Assembly (NCBI GenBank): GCA_018900835.1
Contig: JAHIFQ010000015.1
Span: 50,301 to 114,300 of the forward strand
Source: Patescibacteria group bacterium
GTDB taxonomy: Bacteria > Patescibacteriota > Minisyncoccia > Minisyncoccales > PEYH01
Direction of reading: 5' to 3'
Length of the DNA stretch: 64,000 nucleotides
This document shows, in pieces, positions 9,476-18,617 of this stretch. Under the pieces are notes generated by a model, which saw only the letters and a list, made by a program, of their open reading frames with translations, was not told the origin of the DNA and searched no databases. Within the stretch, counting starts at the first letter, position 1, and each line of letters starts with the position of its first letter. The position numbers and the translations under genes were made by a program.

Positions 9476-10201
9476 ATGCGTATGTTAGATAATAATTTCA
9501 GGCAGTTTATAAAAGAGCAAATTGCTTTGCCGGAAAAGAAATGGAACAGCGTTTTTGTTGATTATATTCAAAAAAAACATCAGGAATTACATAGAGAAGT
9601 GGAGAATTTTTCTTCGGAGCAGAAGCTGGAAAAAGAATTCCAAAGATATCTTGAATGTCTCGATATCAGCAAAGATGATTTGATAGGTAAGCGCATTCTT
9701 GATTTAGGTTGCGGGGAAGGGGATTTTATTAAGCATTGTTTGGGGCAAGGGATAAGTAAAGAGGCCTATGGTTTGGATATTCTTATTGAGCCAGAGGAGA
9801 TAAATTCCGGCTATCGTCAATTTTTTCTAAAACACGATTTTGAGAAAGCAATTCCGCTTAAAGATTTTGACTATATTTTTTCAGTGTCAGCTATTGATGC
9901 TCCTTATTCTAAAGAAATAGACGGGAACTTAAGGGAAACAATAATTTTAGCATTGGTTGCCTTGAAGCACGAAGGGGAAATTAGGATTTTCTCTGTGCGC
10001 AAAGCTCCGCCATCTAGCGGTTTGACAGGAATTGATTTTTCCCGAAAAAAATGGATAGAGCTTTTAGATGATTTAAAAACGAAAAATTGGATTAACTATG
10101 AGCTAAGGCCGATTGATATTAGAGTGGCTGGCAACAAGCCGGATGTTTGGCTTGAAGAAGTTTTGATAATAAGAAAAGAGCTGGTGAAAATTGATTTTTA
10201 A
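9476..10201 (+). CDS. class I SAM-dependent methyltransferase
   Basis: ILDLGCGEG motif I. Confidence 0.8.
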   Translation: MRMLDNNFRQFIKEQIALPEKKWNSVFVDYIQKKHQELHREVENFSSEQKLEKEFQRYLECLDISKDDLIGKRILDLGCGEGDFIKHCLGQGISKEAYGLDILIEPEEINSGYRQFFLKHDFEKAIPLKDFDYIFSVSAIDAPYSKEIDGNLRETIILALVALKHEGEIRIFSVRKAPPSSGLTGIDFSRKKWIELLDDLKTKNWINYELRPIDIRVAGNKPDVWLEEVLIIRKELVKIDF

Positions 10202-10219
10202 AATAATTATCATAAAAAT

Positions 10220-10684
10220 ATGAAAATATATTTAATAATAATTCCATTAATTACTGTAATAGTTGCTTTGTCTGGAAGTTTTGTGACAAGCAGGGGAATG
10301 GATTGGTATAATCAGATTAACTTGCCTGCTTGGACCCCTTCTGGCGATATTATCGGAATCGCTTGGACCCTGATATTTATCCTTGCAACATATTCGGCTA
10401 TTTTATTTTGGAACAGGGGATTTAGAAATAAAAGATTTTGGATAGTCATTGCTTTATTCTTGCTCAATGGGGCGCTGAATGCTCTTTGGTCGTTTCTTTT
10501 CTTTGGGTTGCATTTTGTGGGCGCGTCTATTTTAGAAATGATAGCGCTTGAGACAACCATTATTTGTTTGATATTTCTAATCAAGCCAACTTCAAGATTG
10601 GCATCAATTTTATTATATCCCTATGCCATCTGGGTTGCTTTTGCAACATATTTGGCTTATTCTATTTTAATGCTTAATATGTAA
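10220..10684 (+). CDS. tspO: TspO/MBR family tryptophan-rich sensory protein
   Basis: WYNQINLPAWTP, LNALWSFLFF, PYAIWVAFATYL. Confidence 0.92.
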   Translation: MKIYLIIIPLITVIVALSGSFVTSRGMDWYNQINLPAWTPSGDIIGIAWTLIFILATYSAILFWNRGFRNKRFWIVIALFLLNGALNALWSFLFFGLHFVGASILEMIALETTIICLIFLIKPTSRLASILLYPYAIWVAFATYLAYSILMLNM

Positions 10685-10697
10685 TTGATTTAATAAT

Positions 10698-11423
10698 ATG
10701 AAGAAAAACTTTCTAATTTCTTTAATTGTTCTTTTCTCTTTAATCATCATTGCCTTTATTGTTTGGGCAATATTGTCAATGAATTCTTTGAAGTGTGGAG
10801 AAAACAGAGCCAAGGAGATAGCGGCCAATTGGATTTTAGAGAATTCAATGACATATAAGTTTGATGGTTATGGTCTGGCGCTTGATAGCGTAGAGGATAT
10901 GGATTGTGATAAATGTTATGAGTTTTCGTTCTGGTTCAATGCTCGTCATTCCGGCTATGGCAACAGGATAAATATGGTTTTAGCTCAAATTATTACTCCG
11001 CATAAAATGGTAATTAAAATTAATCAATGCAAAATTATGGAAGCAATTACTGATGGTCAATTTGATGAAATTAAAAATGAGCCAATTATTCCTTCTTCGC
11101 TCGGGATAGAGATTTTAAAACAAGGACAAGGAGCGCAGGCAAAAACAGGGGATAAGATTAGCGTTAATTATTCTGGAAAGTTGTTAAATGGAGAGGAGTT
11201 TGATTCCAATTTTGGCAAGGACAGTCCTTTTGTCTTTACTCTCGGAGCAGGACAAGTTATTCAGGGTTGGGATTTTGGCCTGCTTGGTATGCAGATTGGA
11301 GAGAGGCGAAAAATCACAATCCCGTCGGACTTGGGTTATGGCAGCAGGGGCGCTGGCGCAGGACTTATTCCTCCTGATTCAACATTGATTTTTGAGGTTG
11401 AACTTTTAAACATTAATAATTAA
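10698..11423 (+). CDS. FKBP-type peptidyl-prolyl isomerase with TM anchor and extra N-terminal domain
   Basis: C-terminal VNYSGKL..FDS, GQVIQGWD, IPSDLGYG, IPPDSTLIFEVEL. Confidence 0.9.
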   Translation: MKKNFLISLIVLFSLIIIAFIVWAILSMNSLKCGENRAKEIAANWILENSMTYKFDGYGLALDSVEDMDCDKCYEFSFWFNARHSGYGNRINMVLAQIITPHKMVIKINQCKIMEAITDGQFDEIKNEPIIPSSLGIEILKQGQGAQAKTGDKISVNYSGKLLNGEEFDSNFGKDSPFVFTLGAGQVIQGWDFGLLGMQIGERRKITIPSDLGYGSRGAGAGLIPPDSTLIFEVELLNINN

Positions 11424-11436
11424 TTTTTACAAAAAA

Positions 11437-12231
11437 ATGAGCGATAAAAATTTATTAATATTAGGAATAGCAGGCATAATTGCGATAATGGTTTTATCTT
11501 ATGTCTTATTCCCCGGAGCCAAGCGGTTTGTTGACGAAGATAGCAATGGGCTTAATATTGCTAATCAAGTAGGGACGAGCGATAAGATATTGACCACAGA
11601 GAATCAGGAGATTATAAAAGAAACGCCTATTTATACTGAAAACATTTCTTATCCCAAAATTGTAAATATGCAGGATATTAATGCGCAGGAGAAAACGAAT
11701 AAGGCCATAGAGGATTTTGTTCTTGAACGGGTAGCTAATTTTGAAGAGCAGATAATGTCAGAAGATGTTTTTGAAGATTTTCAGGATTATTTACAGATAC
11801 AGTATCTTGTTACTCTTTTAAACGAATCATTGGTTAGCATAAGTTTTTCAGCATCAGAAAATTTTGGCGGGGCGCACCCCAATAATTATGCAATAACTTT
11901 TAATTACGATATTACTGGCGCTAAGAAGGTTGAATTATGGGATATTTTCAAGAAAGGAGTGGATTATAAGGGAGTTATAAGCGAAATTTGCCAAGAGAAA
12001 CTATTGGTCCAATTCGGCGAGGATGAAGCGCTGGAATCGTGGATAAAAGAGGGGACAGAACCGAAAGAAGGAAGTTTTGAGAATTTTGTATTGACCAATG
12101 CTTCATTAGTAATTTCTTTTAATCCATACGAAGTCGGACCATATGCCATAGGAATCCAAACAGTAGAGATATTTTTCACTGACATAGAGCAGTATTTGGA
12201 TACACAGGGATTGTTGGTAGATTTGATATAA
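11437..12231 (+). CDS. DUF3298/DUF4163 (RsiV/PdaC-like) membrane-anchored protein
   Basis: GGAHPN, TFNYD, FNPYEVGPYAIG. Confidence 0.85.
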   Translation: MSDKNLLILGIAGIIAIMVLSYVLFPGAKRFVDEDSNGLNIANQVGTSDKILTTENQEIIKETPIYTENISYPKIVNMQDINAQEKTNKAIEDFVLERVANFEEQIMSEDVFEDFQDYLQIQYLVTLLNESLVSISFSASENFGGAHPNNYAITFNYDITGAKKVELWDIFKKGVDYKGVISEICQEKLLVQFGEDEALESWIKEGTEPKEGSFENFVLTNASLVISFNPYEVGPYAIGIQTVEIFFTDIEQYLDTQGLLVDLI

Positions 12232-12277
12232 AGACAACTCAACTAAAAATCACAGATTATAAAATGCCAAGTTGCTA

Positions 12278-12306
12278 TTGACGCTTGGCGTTTTTAGTGT
12301 TATGAT
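12278..12306 (+). promoter_or_regulatory. sigma70-like promoter of GGDEF gene
   Basis: TTGACG-17-TATGAT with extended TG; GGAGG SD before the TTG start. Confidence 0.65.
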
Positions 12307-12358
12307 TTAGACATCCTTTGTGTATCTAAAAATCAGAGGACCATAAGGAGGTTGAACT

Positions 12359-13027
12359 TTGAAAATTGATAAGGTTATAGAAGAAGCGATATTGGGCGCA
12401 TTAAGAGACCCCGAACTTTTTAAAAAGATGTTTCGGGCGTTTTTGCAAAAACAAAAGCAGGTAGTTGAGGCGCTGTTTGCCTTGACGGACACAGAGCCGG
12501 AATTCGTAGAAGAAGAACCAATGTTGGGAGTGTTATTGTATGCGTTAGAGCATGGCGAAGACCTGTTCAATGACCCTTTAACAAGGGTCCGAGACGGACG
12601 GCTTTTCAGGGATGGGGTCTATGATAAGCTCATTGCTGAAGCCGAACGATACAAGCATCCGTTGAGCGTAGTAATCATTGATGTAGATGATTTTAAGGCC
12701 ATCAATGACACCTTCGGCCATTTGGCTGGAGATAGAGCGTTGGAACGAGTTGCTTCAATCCTTTCCAAGGAAGCGAAGCGTGGCATAGATATTGTTATTC
12801 GCCACGGCGGAGATGAGTTTTTGCTCATTCTTCCTCATACAGAGGCAACAGGCGCTGGAGTCCTGATGGGCCGAATAGAGAAAGTGTTATCAACGCTATC
12901 TCCGAGGGTCTCAATCAGCTTCGGAATTAATTCCTGGATTCCGGGAAGTGATTCGATTAGCCTGGGCGCGATGGTGAAGGCAGCAGATATGGCCATGTAT
13001 AAGCATAAGCAGGGCAAACGCACATAG
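12359..13027 (+). CDS. GGDEF diguanylate cyclase domain protein
   Basis: DPLT, IDVDDFKAINDTFGHLAGD, RHGGDEF, ADMAMY. Confidence 0.92.
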   Translation: MKIDKVIEEAILGALRDPELFKKMFRAFLQKQKQVVEALFALTDTEPEFVEEEPMLGVLLYALEHGEDLFNDPLTRVRDGRLFRDGVYDKLIAEAERYKHPLSVVIIDVDDFKAINDTFGHLAGDRALERVASILSKEAKRGIDIVIRHGGDEFLLILPHTEATGAGVLMGRIEKVLSTLSPRVSISFGINSWIPGSDSISLGAMVKAADMAMYKHKQGKRT

Positions 13028-13044
13028 CGGTTCAACCCACACAC

Positions 13045-13079
13045 AATGCGGCGGAAGAGATTTTATCTCCCGCCGCATT
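13045..13079 (+). terminator. hairpin terminator after GGDEF gene
   Basis: AATGCGGCGG...CCGCCGCATT followed by a T-rich tract. Confidence 0.7.
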
Positions 13080-13082
13080 ATT

Positions 13083-13110
13083 CTTTTACATATCTATATT
13101 ATGCGACATC
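13083..13110. other. dif-like Xer site (imperfect)
   Basis: TTTTACATA-TCTATA-TTATGCGACAT resembles the reverse complement of E. coli dif, one base short in one arm; lies at the strand switch. Confidence 0.5.
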
Positions 13111-13155
13111 ACTAATAAAATAGGTGGTCGAGAGTAGTGGGGAATAAGTCATATT

Positions 13156-14091
13156 TTATCCGTGATATTTTCTATGTATTTCTTTTAAATGAGGTCTGGT
13201 GACATGGGTATAAATCTGGGTGGTGACAATATTCCTATGTCCCAAGAATTCTTGCACAACCCTTAAATCAACGCCTTTCATTAATAAGTCAGTGGCAAAG
13301 CTATGTCTTAATGTATGCGGAGTCGTGGTTATTGGTAATCCTGCCAGCACAACATATTTTTTTATTATCCGCTCAATTGTTCTAGTGGTAATCCTCCCTT
13401 GGACTTTTGGCCCCCTATAGGTCACAAACAAAGCTCTTTCTTTGTCTGCTCGTTTCACAAGATATTGTTGAAGCCAATCAATTGTTCTTTGTGACAGGAA
13501 AACTGTTCTTGGATGGCCTCCTTTGCCAACAATGCCAATTTCCAAGTCCTTTGTGGTCGGTTTAATAGTTATCTGGTCCCGATTAAGAGCAACTAATTCA
13601 GCAACCCTTAATCCAGTGGAAAATAGTGTTTCTAAAATTGTTCGGTCTCTTAATCCGTTTATGTCGTTTAAATTAGGGATTGCTAAGAGTTTTTCAACCT
13701 GTTCTAATGTAAGAAAATTAACAGTCCGCTCCTGTGATTGTTTGGTTAATTTTATTTTTTCCGGTGGCAGGGAAATGATGTCCTTATCAGCGAAATAGGT
13801 TAAGAGTGAACGCAGAGCGATTAAGTAGTAGTTTTGAGTATTTCGCTTAAGCGGTTTTTTGTCTTTTTTTAGGTATTGGCGCGATAAAAATGTCTTATAT
13901 TTGAAAATATGGTCAGGAGTCATTTGGTGGGGTTTAAGGTTTTCTAATTTGTTTATTTTTGACCATTCTAAGAATTTTTGTAAAAACCTAGAATAGTTTT
14001 CTTGCGACTTATATGCAAGTCCTTTTTCAATATCAGTCCAGTCCAAAAAATCATTTATATGTTTTATAATTGGTTTTTCTGAATTATGCAT
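13156..14091 (-). CDS. XerC/XerD-family tyrosine recombinase
   Basis: TGLRVAEL, GKGG, HTLRHSFAT, LGH, TTQIY catalytic residues. Confidence 0.93.
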   Translation of the reverse strand: MHNSEKPIIKHINDFLDWTDIEKGLAYKSQENYSRFLQKFLEWSKINKLENLKPHQMTPDHIFKYKTFLSRQYLKKDKKPLKRNTQNYYLIALRSLLTYFADKDIISLPPEKIKLTKQSQERTVNFLTLEQVEKLLAIPNLNDINGLRDRTILETLFSTGLRVAELVALNRDQITIKPTTKDLEIGIVGKGGHPRTVFLSQRTIDWLQQYLVKRADKERALFVTYRGPKVQGRITTRTIERIIKKYVVLAGLPITTTPHTLRHSFATDLLMKGVDLRVVQEFLGHRNIVTTQIYTHVTRPHLKEIHRKYHG

Positions 14092-14171
14092 ATGTGTTAT
14101 TTTTAAAAATTATGATAGGGAAGTAATTTGCGACTCACAATCAATATAGAGCACATTTTGCGATGTCAGGG

Positions 14172-14261
14172 CGCCATATTTTGCGACGTTTTAATGAATG
14201 TCGCAAAATATGGCGAACCTTAACGGACAAGCATTGTCCGTTAAGGTATATTGTGCGACAA
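14172..14261. other. cluster of inverted repeats and an 11-6-11 dif-like site upstream of xer
   Basis: Inverted repeats 14172-14187/14200-14215 and 14217-14230/14234-14247; site TTGTCCGTTAA-GGTATA-TTGTGCGACAA at 14234-14261. Confidence 0.6.
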
Positions 14262-14355
14262 CCATATATCTATAATAATCCCTTATGATAGGGGTTGTCA
14301 AGAAGCTTTATATCACTCCCCTTATAATTATCAGTTATTTTAAGTTCAAAGGGGA

Positions 14356-14718
14356 TTATTGTATTCTGATTTCTTGATTTAAATAATTATTCAAATCATA
14401 CCAGCTTTTATTAAACCATGGCTTTGCCTGAAGAGACCACCAAGCGCCAATTTTTTGCCCAATATTTTCAAAAAAGGACTTAAACCATCCATTCCCCTCT
14501 CCAAATCGCTTTATTGTTTCAAAAGTTCCTTTAAAGCTGTCTTTTATTTTTTGCCAGAATGACTGGGCATCTTCGCGACTTGGTGGAGACAAGCTTAACC
14601 CAGTAGTTGTTGCATTTTGGGCTGCTGACACGAAAGATACAAAATAAGCATTGCCGAATAATAATGCTGCGCAAAACAGCGCAAAAAGAGTAATTTTTAA
14701 ACCACACTCCCCTTTCAT
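14356..14718 (-). CDS. secreted hypothetical protein
   Basis: Signal-peptide-like N-terminus; Trp-rich amphipathic C-terminus. Confidence 0.65.
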   Translation of the reverse strand: MKGECGLKITLFALFCAALLFGNAYFVSFVSAAQNATTTGLSLSPPSREDAQSFWQKIKDSFKGTFETIKRFGEGNGWFKSFFENIGQKIGAWWSLQAKPWFNKSWYDLNNYLNQEIRIQ

Positions 14719-14726
14719 ATTTAAAT

Positions 14727-16310
14727 TTATTCTAATTTTTCCTTTGCTTGTTTTAATCTTAGCAATGTTTTTTCTTTTCCCAAAATTTCTGCTATGGCAA
14801 ATGGCGGGGCTGAGGATTTTTTGCCAGAAAGAGCAACCCTAAAAGGCCATAAAAGATAGCCCTTATCCCCTTCTGGACCCATTTCTGTCGCCTTTTCCAC
14901 GAGGATTTCCTCAAGATTGTTTCTACCCCAATCATTGGGCTTTATCGCCTCTACGACCCCTTCTAGGGCATCTATTGCCTTCTTAGTGTCTGCCTTTGCC
15001 ATGTCTTTCCAGAATAGCAATTCCATCTGGTAATCCAATTCTTTTTTAAAGAAAAAATCAACCAATTCTGGCAGTTCAGATAAATATTTTAACCGTTCTT
15101 GATATAAGGCAATAATATTCTCCAGCGCAATTGGGTCTATTTTTTCCTTGGTTTCTGTTACCAGATATGTTTCCTCAATTTCTATTCCGCCTATGCCTGC
15201 CAAATGTCCACCTGTCTCAAAAATTGGCTGAATCAAATTTGCCTCTATTAAATAAGTGGTAGATAATTCCGTAAGCTTTTTTGGCGACTTGTTACGGATA
15301 TAAAAGCCGTTTATCCAATCAAGTTTTTGGATGTTAAAAACAGCGGATGATTTTTGACAGTGTTCTAAAGAAAATTCTTCTACCAAATGATTGATTGCGT
15401 ATATTTCTCTATCAGTATCAGGATTCCACCCCAAAAACGCCATAAAGTTTATCATTGCTTCTGACAAATATCCTTTCTCTCTATATTCATTTACCGACAC
15501 AGCCCCATGTCTCTTGCTCAATTTACTCCTGTCAGCCCCGAGAATAAGTGGCAAATGCGCGTAGTCGGGATGAGGCAATCCAAGAGCATCCTGTAAAAGA
15601 ATTTGTTTCGGCGTGTTTGAAATATGGTCTTCGCCCCTGATTACATGGCTGATTTTCATTTCATAATCATCAATCACCGCAGCCAAGTTATATAACGGCG
15701 TTTTGATGTCTTTAGCAATAGCCATATCTCCCAATAGAGCGCTGTTGAACTCTATTTTTCCTTTTATTAGGTCTTGAAAAACCACATTTTGAGCTGGAGT
15801 TCTGAATCTTATCACTGATGGCCTTCTCTCTTTTAGATATTGTTCAGCAGTTTCTTTTGGAATATCGCTGCATTTTCCGTCATACTTTGGCGCTTGCCCA
15901 ATACTCATCTGGTATTGGCGCTGGGCTTCTAAGTCCTCCTTACTGCAAAAACAGTAATAAGCAGTCCCCTGCTCCAACATTTTCTTAATATATGATTCGT
16001 AAATATCAATTCGTTCGCTTTGTCTATAAGGACCAAAATCCCCGATATATTCTTTAGCGTCATCAGGATTGACTCCTTCATCCCAAGGAATTTTTAGCCA
16101 TTTTAATCCCTCAAAAACATCGTCTTCATATTCTTTTTGAGAACGCTCTTTATCCGTGTCCTCTATGCGCAAAACAAAACTGCCATTGTATTTTTTGGCA
16201 AAAAGATAATTGAATAGCGCAGTCCTGGCTGTTCCAATATGTAAAAATCCTGTTGGCGAAGGCGCTATTCTTACTCTCGGATTTTCAATTTTTTTAGCAA
16301 TTGCTTCCAT
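14727..16310 (-). CDS. gltX: glutamate--tRNA ligase
   Basis: RIAPSPTGFLHIG, LRIEDTD, KLSKR. Confidence 0.97.
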   Translation of the reverse strand: MEAIAKKIENPRVRIAPSPTGFLHIGTARTALFNYLFAKKYNGSFVLRIEDTDKERSQKEYEDDVFEGLKWLKIPWDEGVNPDDAKEYIGDFGPYRQSERIDIYESYIKKMLEQGTAYYCFCSKEDLEAQRQYQMSIGQAPKYDGKCSDIPKETAEQYLKERRPSVIRFRTPAQNVVFQDLIKGKIEFNSALLGDMAIAKDIKTPLYNLAAVIDDYEMKISHVIRGEDHISNTPKQILLQDALGLPHPDYAHLPLILGADRSKLSKRHGAVSVNEYREKGYLSEAMINFMAFLGWNPDTDREIYAINHLVEEFSLEHCQKSSAVFNIQKLDWINGFYIRNKSPKKLTELSTTYLIEANLIQPIFETGGHLAGIGGIEIEETYLVTETKEKIDPIALENIIALYQERLKYLSELPELVDFFFKKELDYQMELLFWKDMAKADTKKAIDALEGVVEAIKPNDWGRNNLEEILVEKATEMGPEGDKGYLLWPFRVALSGKKSSAPPFAIAEILGKEKTLLRLKQAKEKLE

Positions 16311-16334
16311 AGTTTCATTCTATTTGAATTATCG

Positions 16335-17489
16335 TTATTTTTCAAGCGCATCTGGATATAAGTATTTTGTCAAGTGTTCAGCGATCGTTTTTGCCGCATC
16401 TGGCTTAGCGAACCCCAGGGCTGCCTTGCTCATTGCCAGAAGTTTTTCCGGCTGTGAGAAGATAAGCATTATTTTCGAGAATAAAAGAGCTGGAGTAGGA
16501 TTTTTGGGCTCCATAATAATTGTAGCTCCAGTAGAAGCATAAGCATTGGCATTTTTCGCCTGATGGTCTTGAGATGATTCTGGCAAAGGAATAATGATGC
16601 TCGGCTTTCCTGTTGCAGCGATTTCAAAAATAGCGCCCGAGCCAGCCCTACTGATTATCAAATGAGCTGATTTGTACGCTTGTTTCATCTCGTCTTCTGT
16701 TAGGAAATCAAAAAGATGGTATCTTTTCGCCAATTGTTGTTCTTTGATTATTATGTCTGCCATTACTTTTGCTTCTTCGTAATTTTTTAATCCGCATTGA
16801 TGGATAATCTCAAAGTTTTTAAGCAAATCAGGAAGAGCAGTAAGAGCCAATTCGTTCATCTCCTTGGCTCCTTGCGACCCACCACATATAAATATCACTG
16901 GCTTATCTCCGGACAAATTAAATAATTTCTTACCCTCTTCCTTATTGCCTGAAAGCAAATCGCTTCTTATAGGATTGCCAACGCATAACACCTTGGACGG
17001 AATAACATTATCAATTTTCGTTTCTTGGAAAGATGTAAAAATAATTGTTGCTGTTTTGGCAAACAATCTTGTTGTTTTGCCAGGCACCATATCTGATTCA
17101 TGCAAAAACAAAGGGATTTTTAATGCTCTGGCAACGATATTGACTGGTACTGCCCCATAACCACCTTTGCTGAAAACAATATCAGGAGATATTATTCTGA
17201 CAAAAATAAAGGACTGGATAAATCCAATAGGAATTTTGAATATTAGGTCAATTATATTTTGAATAATGCTTTTTGGAGTGATATATCGTCTGATTTTCCC
17301 TGCCAAGATTGCTTTCATCTCAACATTTTCTTTTCTAAGAAGTTCCTGCGTGATTTTTCCATTAGGACCGATAAAATATATCTTGATTTTTTTATCCTTT
17401 AAAACAGGACTGTTTTTCAATTCTCTAATAATAGCGATTATCGGGAAAAGATGACCTCCAGTTCCTCCGCCAGTAAAGAGTATTTTCAT
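16335..17489 (-). CDS. murG: undecaprenyl-PP-MurNAc-pentapeptide GlcNAc transferase
   Basis: GGGTGGH, HESD, GNPIR, GGSQGA, SRAG, DHQAKNA. Confidence 0.95.
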   Translation of the reverse strand: MKILFTGGGTGGHLFPIIAIIRELKNSPVLKDKKIKIYFIGPNGKITQELLRKENVEMKAILAGKIRRYITPKSIIQNIIDLIFKIPIGFIQSFIFVRIISPDIVFSKGGYGAVPVNIVARALKIPLFLHESDMVPGKTTRLFAKTATIIFTSFQETKIDNVIPSKVLCVGNPIRSDLLSGNKEEGKKLFNLSGDKPVIFICGGSQGAKEMNELALTALPDLLKNFEIIHQCGLKNYEEAKVMADIIIKEQQLAKRYHLFDFLTEDEMKQAYKSAHLIISRAGSGAIFEIAATGKPSIIIPLPESSQDHQAKNANAYASTGATIIMEPKNPTPALLFSKIMLIFSQPEKLLAMSKAALGFAKPDAAKTIAEHLTKYLYPDALEK

Positions 17490-17507
17490 GTTTTTTAAAT
17501 TTTTAAT

Positions 17508-18617
17508 TTAAAAATTATTTTTAGGTTGTTTTGATATATTCAACAACAAACCGATTGCTATTAGTTCCATTACTAAATGAGAGCTTCCATAACTCACTAA
17601 TGGCAACGGAATTCCTGTGAGTGGCAAAATTCCTATCATAGCGCCGATATTAATAAATGCTTGGAGTGTTATCCAAAATGTAATACCTATCGCTATAAGC
17701 TTAAAAAATATTTCCGAAGATTGTTTTGCTATTTTAAAACCCTGCCAAGCAAATATCAAAAATAATGATATTAATATGATGGCTCCAATAAATCCTGTTT
17801 CCTCTGCAAATACAGCGAATATACTGTCAGTCATTGGAGCAGGAAGAAATCCAGATTTTTGAACGCTCAATCCAAGTCCCTGCCCTATTATGCTGCCAGA
17901 GCCAATAGCTATAAGCGCTTGTTTCATTTGGTACCCGATTCCTAATGGTTGGGCGTCAGGCCGCAGGAAAACCAAGAGCCGATTTAGTCGGTATGGCGCG
18001 GTCTTGATTAATATAGCCAAGGCCCCGATTCCAGACAAAATCAGCAACCCGGTTTGCCAAAAAGGGGTTTCAGCGCTGAAGTACATTACCAATGTAATCG
18101 CTGCGATTGTGGCTAATGTGCTGATGTCCGGCTGTTTGATTAATAGAACGCAGACAACAGTTAAAATTATTATGAATGGCAAAAACAATTGGACCCTTTT
18201 TTTATTTTGCTCCTTATGCTTAGTGAGCCAGGCAGCAAGATAGACAATAAAGATTAATTTTAATAATTCGGACGGCTGAATCGTAATTGGTCCCAAGGAG
18301 ACCCAACGGTTTGCCCCGCCTATTGGTACGCCGATTTTTGGCACGAATACAAGCATCATTAATATTATCACCCCGAAGAGCGCTGGCAGGGATATTTTTC
18401 TTAATGACTTTAAATTGATTTTATACGCCAGGAAGCCCAGTATAAGTCCTGGAAAATATCCGTATTTTATTTGGTGCATCAGGTATTGGAAAGAATTTCC
18501 ATAAACTTTTTGAGATACTGTTAAGGAAACGCTGGCAAGAATCGCAAATCCTAAAATCAATAAAAGAGAGATAGTGAGCGAAAGTATTAGGTCGGGCTTG
18601 TTTTTTTGTTTTTTCAT
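17508..18617 (-). CDS. ftsW: SEDS family peptidoglycan polymerase FtsW
   Basis: GANRW, QPSE, QPD, TDSIFA, PLTGIPLPLVSYG. Confidence 0.93.
   Translation of the reverse strand: MKKQKNKPDLILSLTISLLLILGFAILASVSLTVSQKVYGNSFQYLMHQIKYGYFPGLILGFLAYKINLKSLRKISLPALFGVIILMMLVFVPKIGVPIGGANRWVSLGPITIQPSELLKLIFIVYLAAWLTKHKEQNKKRVQLFLPFIIILTVVCVLLIKQPDISTLATIAAITLVMYFSAETPFWQTGLLILSGIGALAILIKTAPYRLNRLLVFLRPDAQPLGIGYQMKQALIAIGSGSIIGQGLGLSVQKSGFLPAPMTDSIFAVFAEETGFIGAIILISLFLIFAWQGFKIAKQSSEIFFKLIAIGITFWITLQAFINIGAMIGILPLTGIPLPLVSYGSSHLVMELIAIGLLLNISKQPKNNF

Noticed and set aside
13156-14091. Prophage or integron integrase
   Set aside because: No phage genes, no IntI-specific insertion and no attC cassette array; the context fits chromosomal Xer.
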